Below, one piece after another: positions 63,318 through 64,000 of a stretch of DNA of 64,000 nt. The stretch comes from Azolla caroliniana. Lineage: Eukaryota > Plantae > Polypodiophyta. Position 1 is the stretch's first letter; each line of letters begins with the position of its first letter. The translations under genes and the position numbers were made by a program. The stretch is taken from contig JBHGNT010000020.1 of assembly GCA_043228905.1 (NCBI GenBank), positions 8,060,001 through 8,124,000 on the forward strand, written 5' to 3'. The notes beneath the pieces were generated by a model. The model ran no database searches. It was not told the origin of the DNA and saw only the letters and a program-made list of their open reading frames with translations.

Positions 63318-64000
63318 CTGAGTAAGACAGAAGTTGAAATTAAAAATGCATAACAAACATTTCAATTCGAAAAAGACAGGGACAGGCAAACAGAGAAAAA
63401 GAAAGAAGCTGAGCTTTAAATGAAATGAAAAAAATATCCAAAAGATAGGAAGTCATGAAATAATAATGCTTTAAATATTTTTAAAATAAAACAAGCAGCA
63501 AAAGACAGCCAAATTGAAGCAAGCTTTAATAAAGTGCATGGAATGAAACTCTATAATAAGACACAGATTATTCGAAGTGTCACATAGTCATGCATACTTT
63601 GCTCAAAGTATTTGATCCAATACCAACCGGTTTCCTTTATCATCCTCAATTTCCTCCCTTCTGCAAAACGTCATCTGTCTTGTATGAAGTTCAAAACGTG
63701 CATGTATATGGATAAAGGTAAGTTCTGAGGTCTCAGGACGAAATGTGATGGTGATTTTTCCATGTTACATATAATTTTCTTCTAAATCACAAAGACTCAT
63801 CAAGAGACAACAGGATAGCAGATTCAGGAATCTTAATTCTCAATTCAAACTAATAACAGAAAGAATAATTCTAATACAATTTACAATTACTAATAACATA
63901 AGACACAAAGACTAACATTCTGTACACAAAACAGTTTTAAAAACTTTAAATTAGTCAAATGAAGGTTGGAACTATTAAGCAACCGCAACCTAGATGGGTG

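Noticed and set aside
63598-63660. Candidate upstream COX5B exon
   Set aside because: Has AG/GT borders, but the frame needed to join the next exon contains stops and lacks the expected GPFGTK-like sequence

Overview
Eukaryotic, intron-rich plant genomic DNA. The Tcn1-type chromoviruses and overall TE content suggest a non-seed plant such as a fern, but that is an inference. Two host genes flank about 48 kb of nested retroelements: a complete 17-exon CCT1/TCP-1 alpha chaperonin gene (+, 7692-14140, 546 aa) and the last three coding exons of COX5B (-, 62892-63317). The main nest is an L1-like LINE (~16.9-42.4 kb). It is interrupted by a 1.36-kb mini-Gypsy, a solo LTR and a Tcn1-like chromovirus; the chromovirus itself holds two full-length Copia elements and an unclassified 1.2-kb element. 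A second Copia > Copia > Tcn1 nest occupies 45-60.8 kb, and decayed Copia/LINE pieces fill 1-7.2 kb. Most interesting observations: (1) three different Tcn1-like elements lack a tRNA PBS and instead show co-varying complementarity between the predicted transcript 5' end and the PBS position (Tf1-type self-priming); (2) two of these families carry an antisense tRNA-like A-box/B-box cassette with exact tRNA spacing inside the LTR; (3) a young mini-Gypsy has a 4-bp TSD, a tRNA-Ala-like PBS and an integrase tail unlike the other Gypsy elements here; (4) an unclassified element with a 7-8-bp TSD splits a chromodomain; (5) some TEs are strongly CCGG-enriched.
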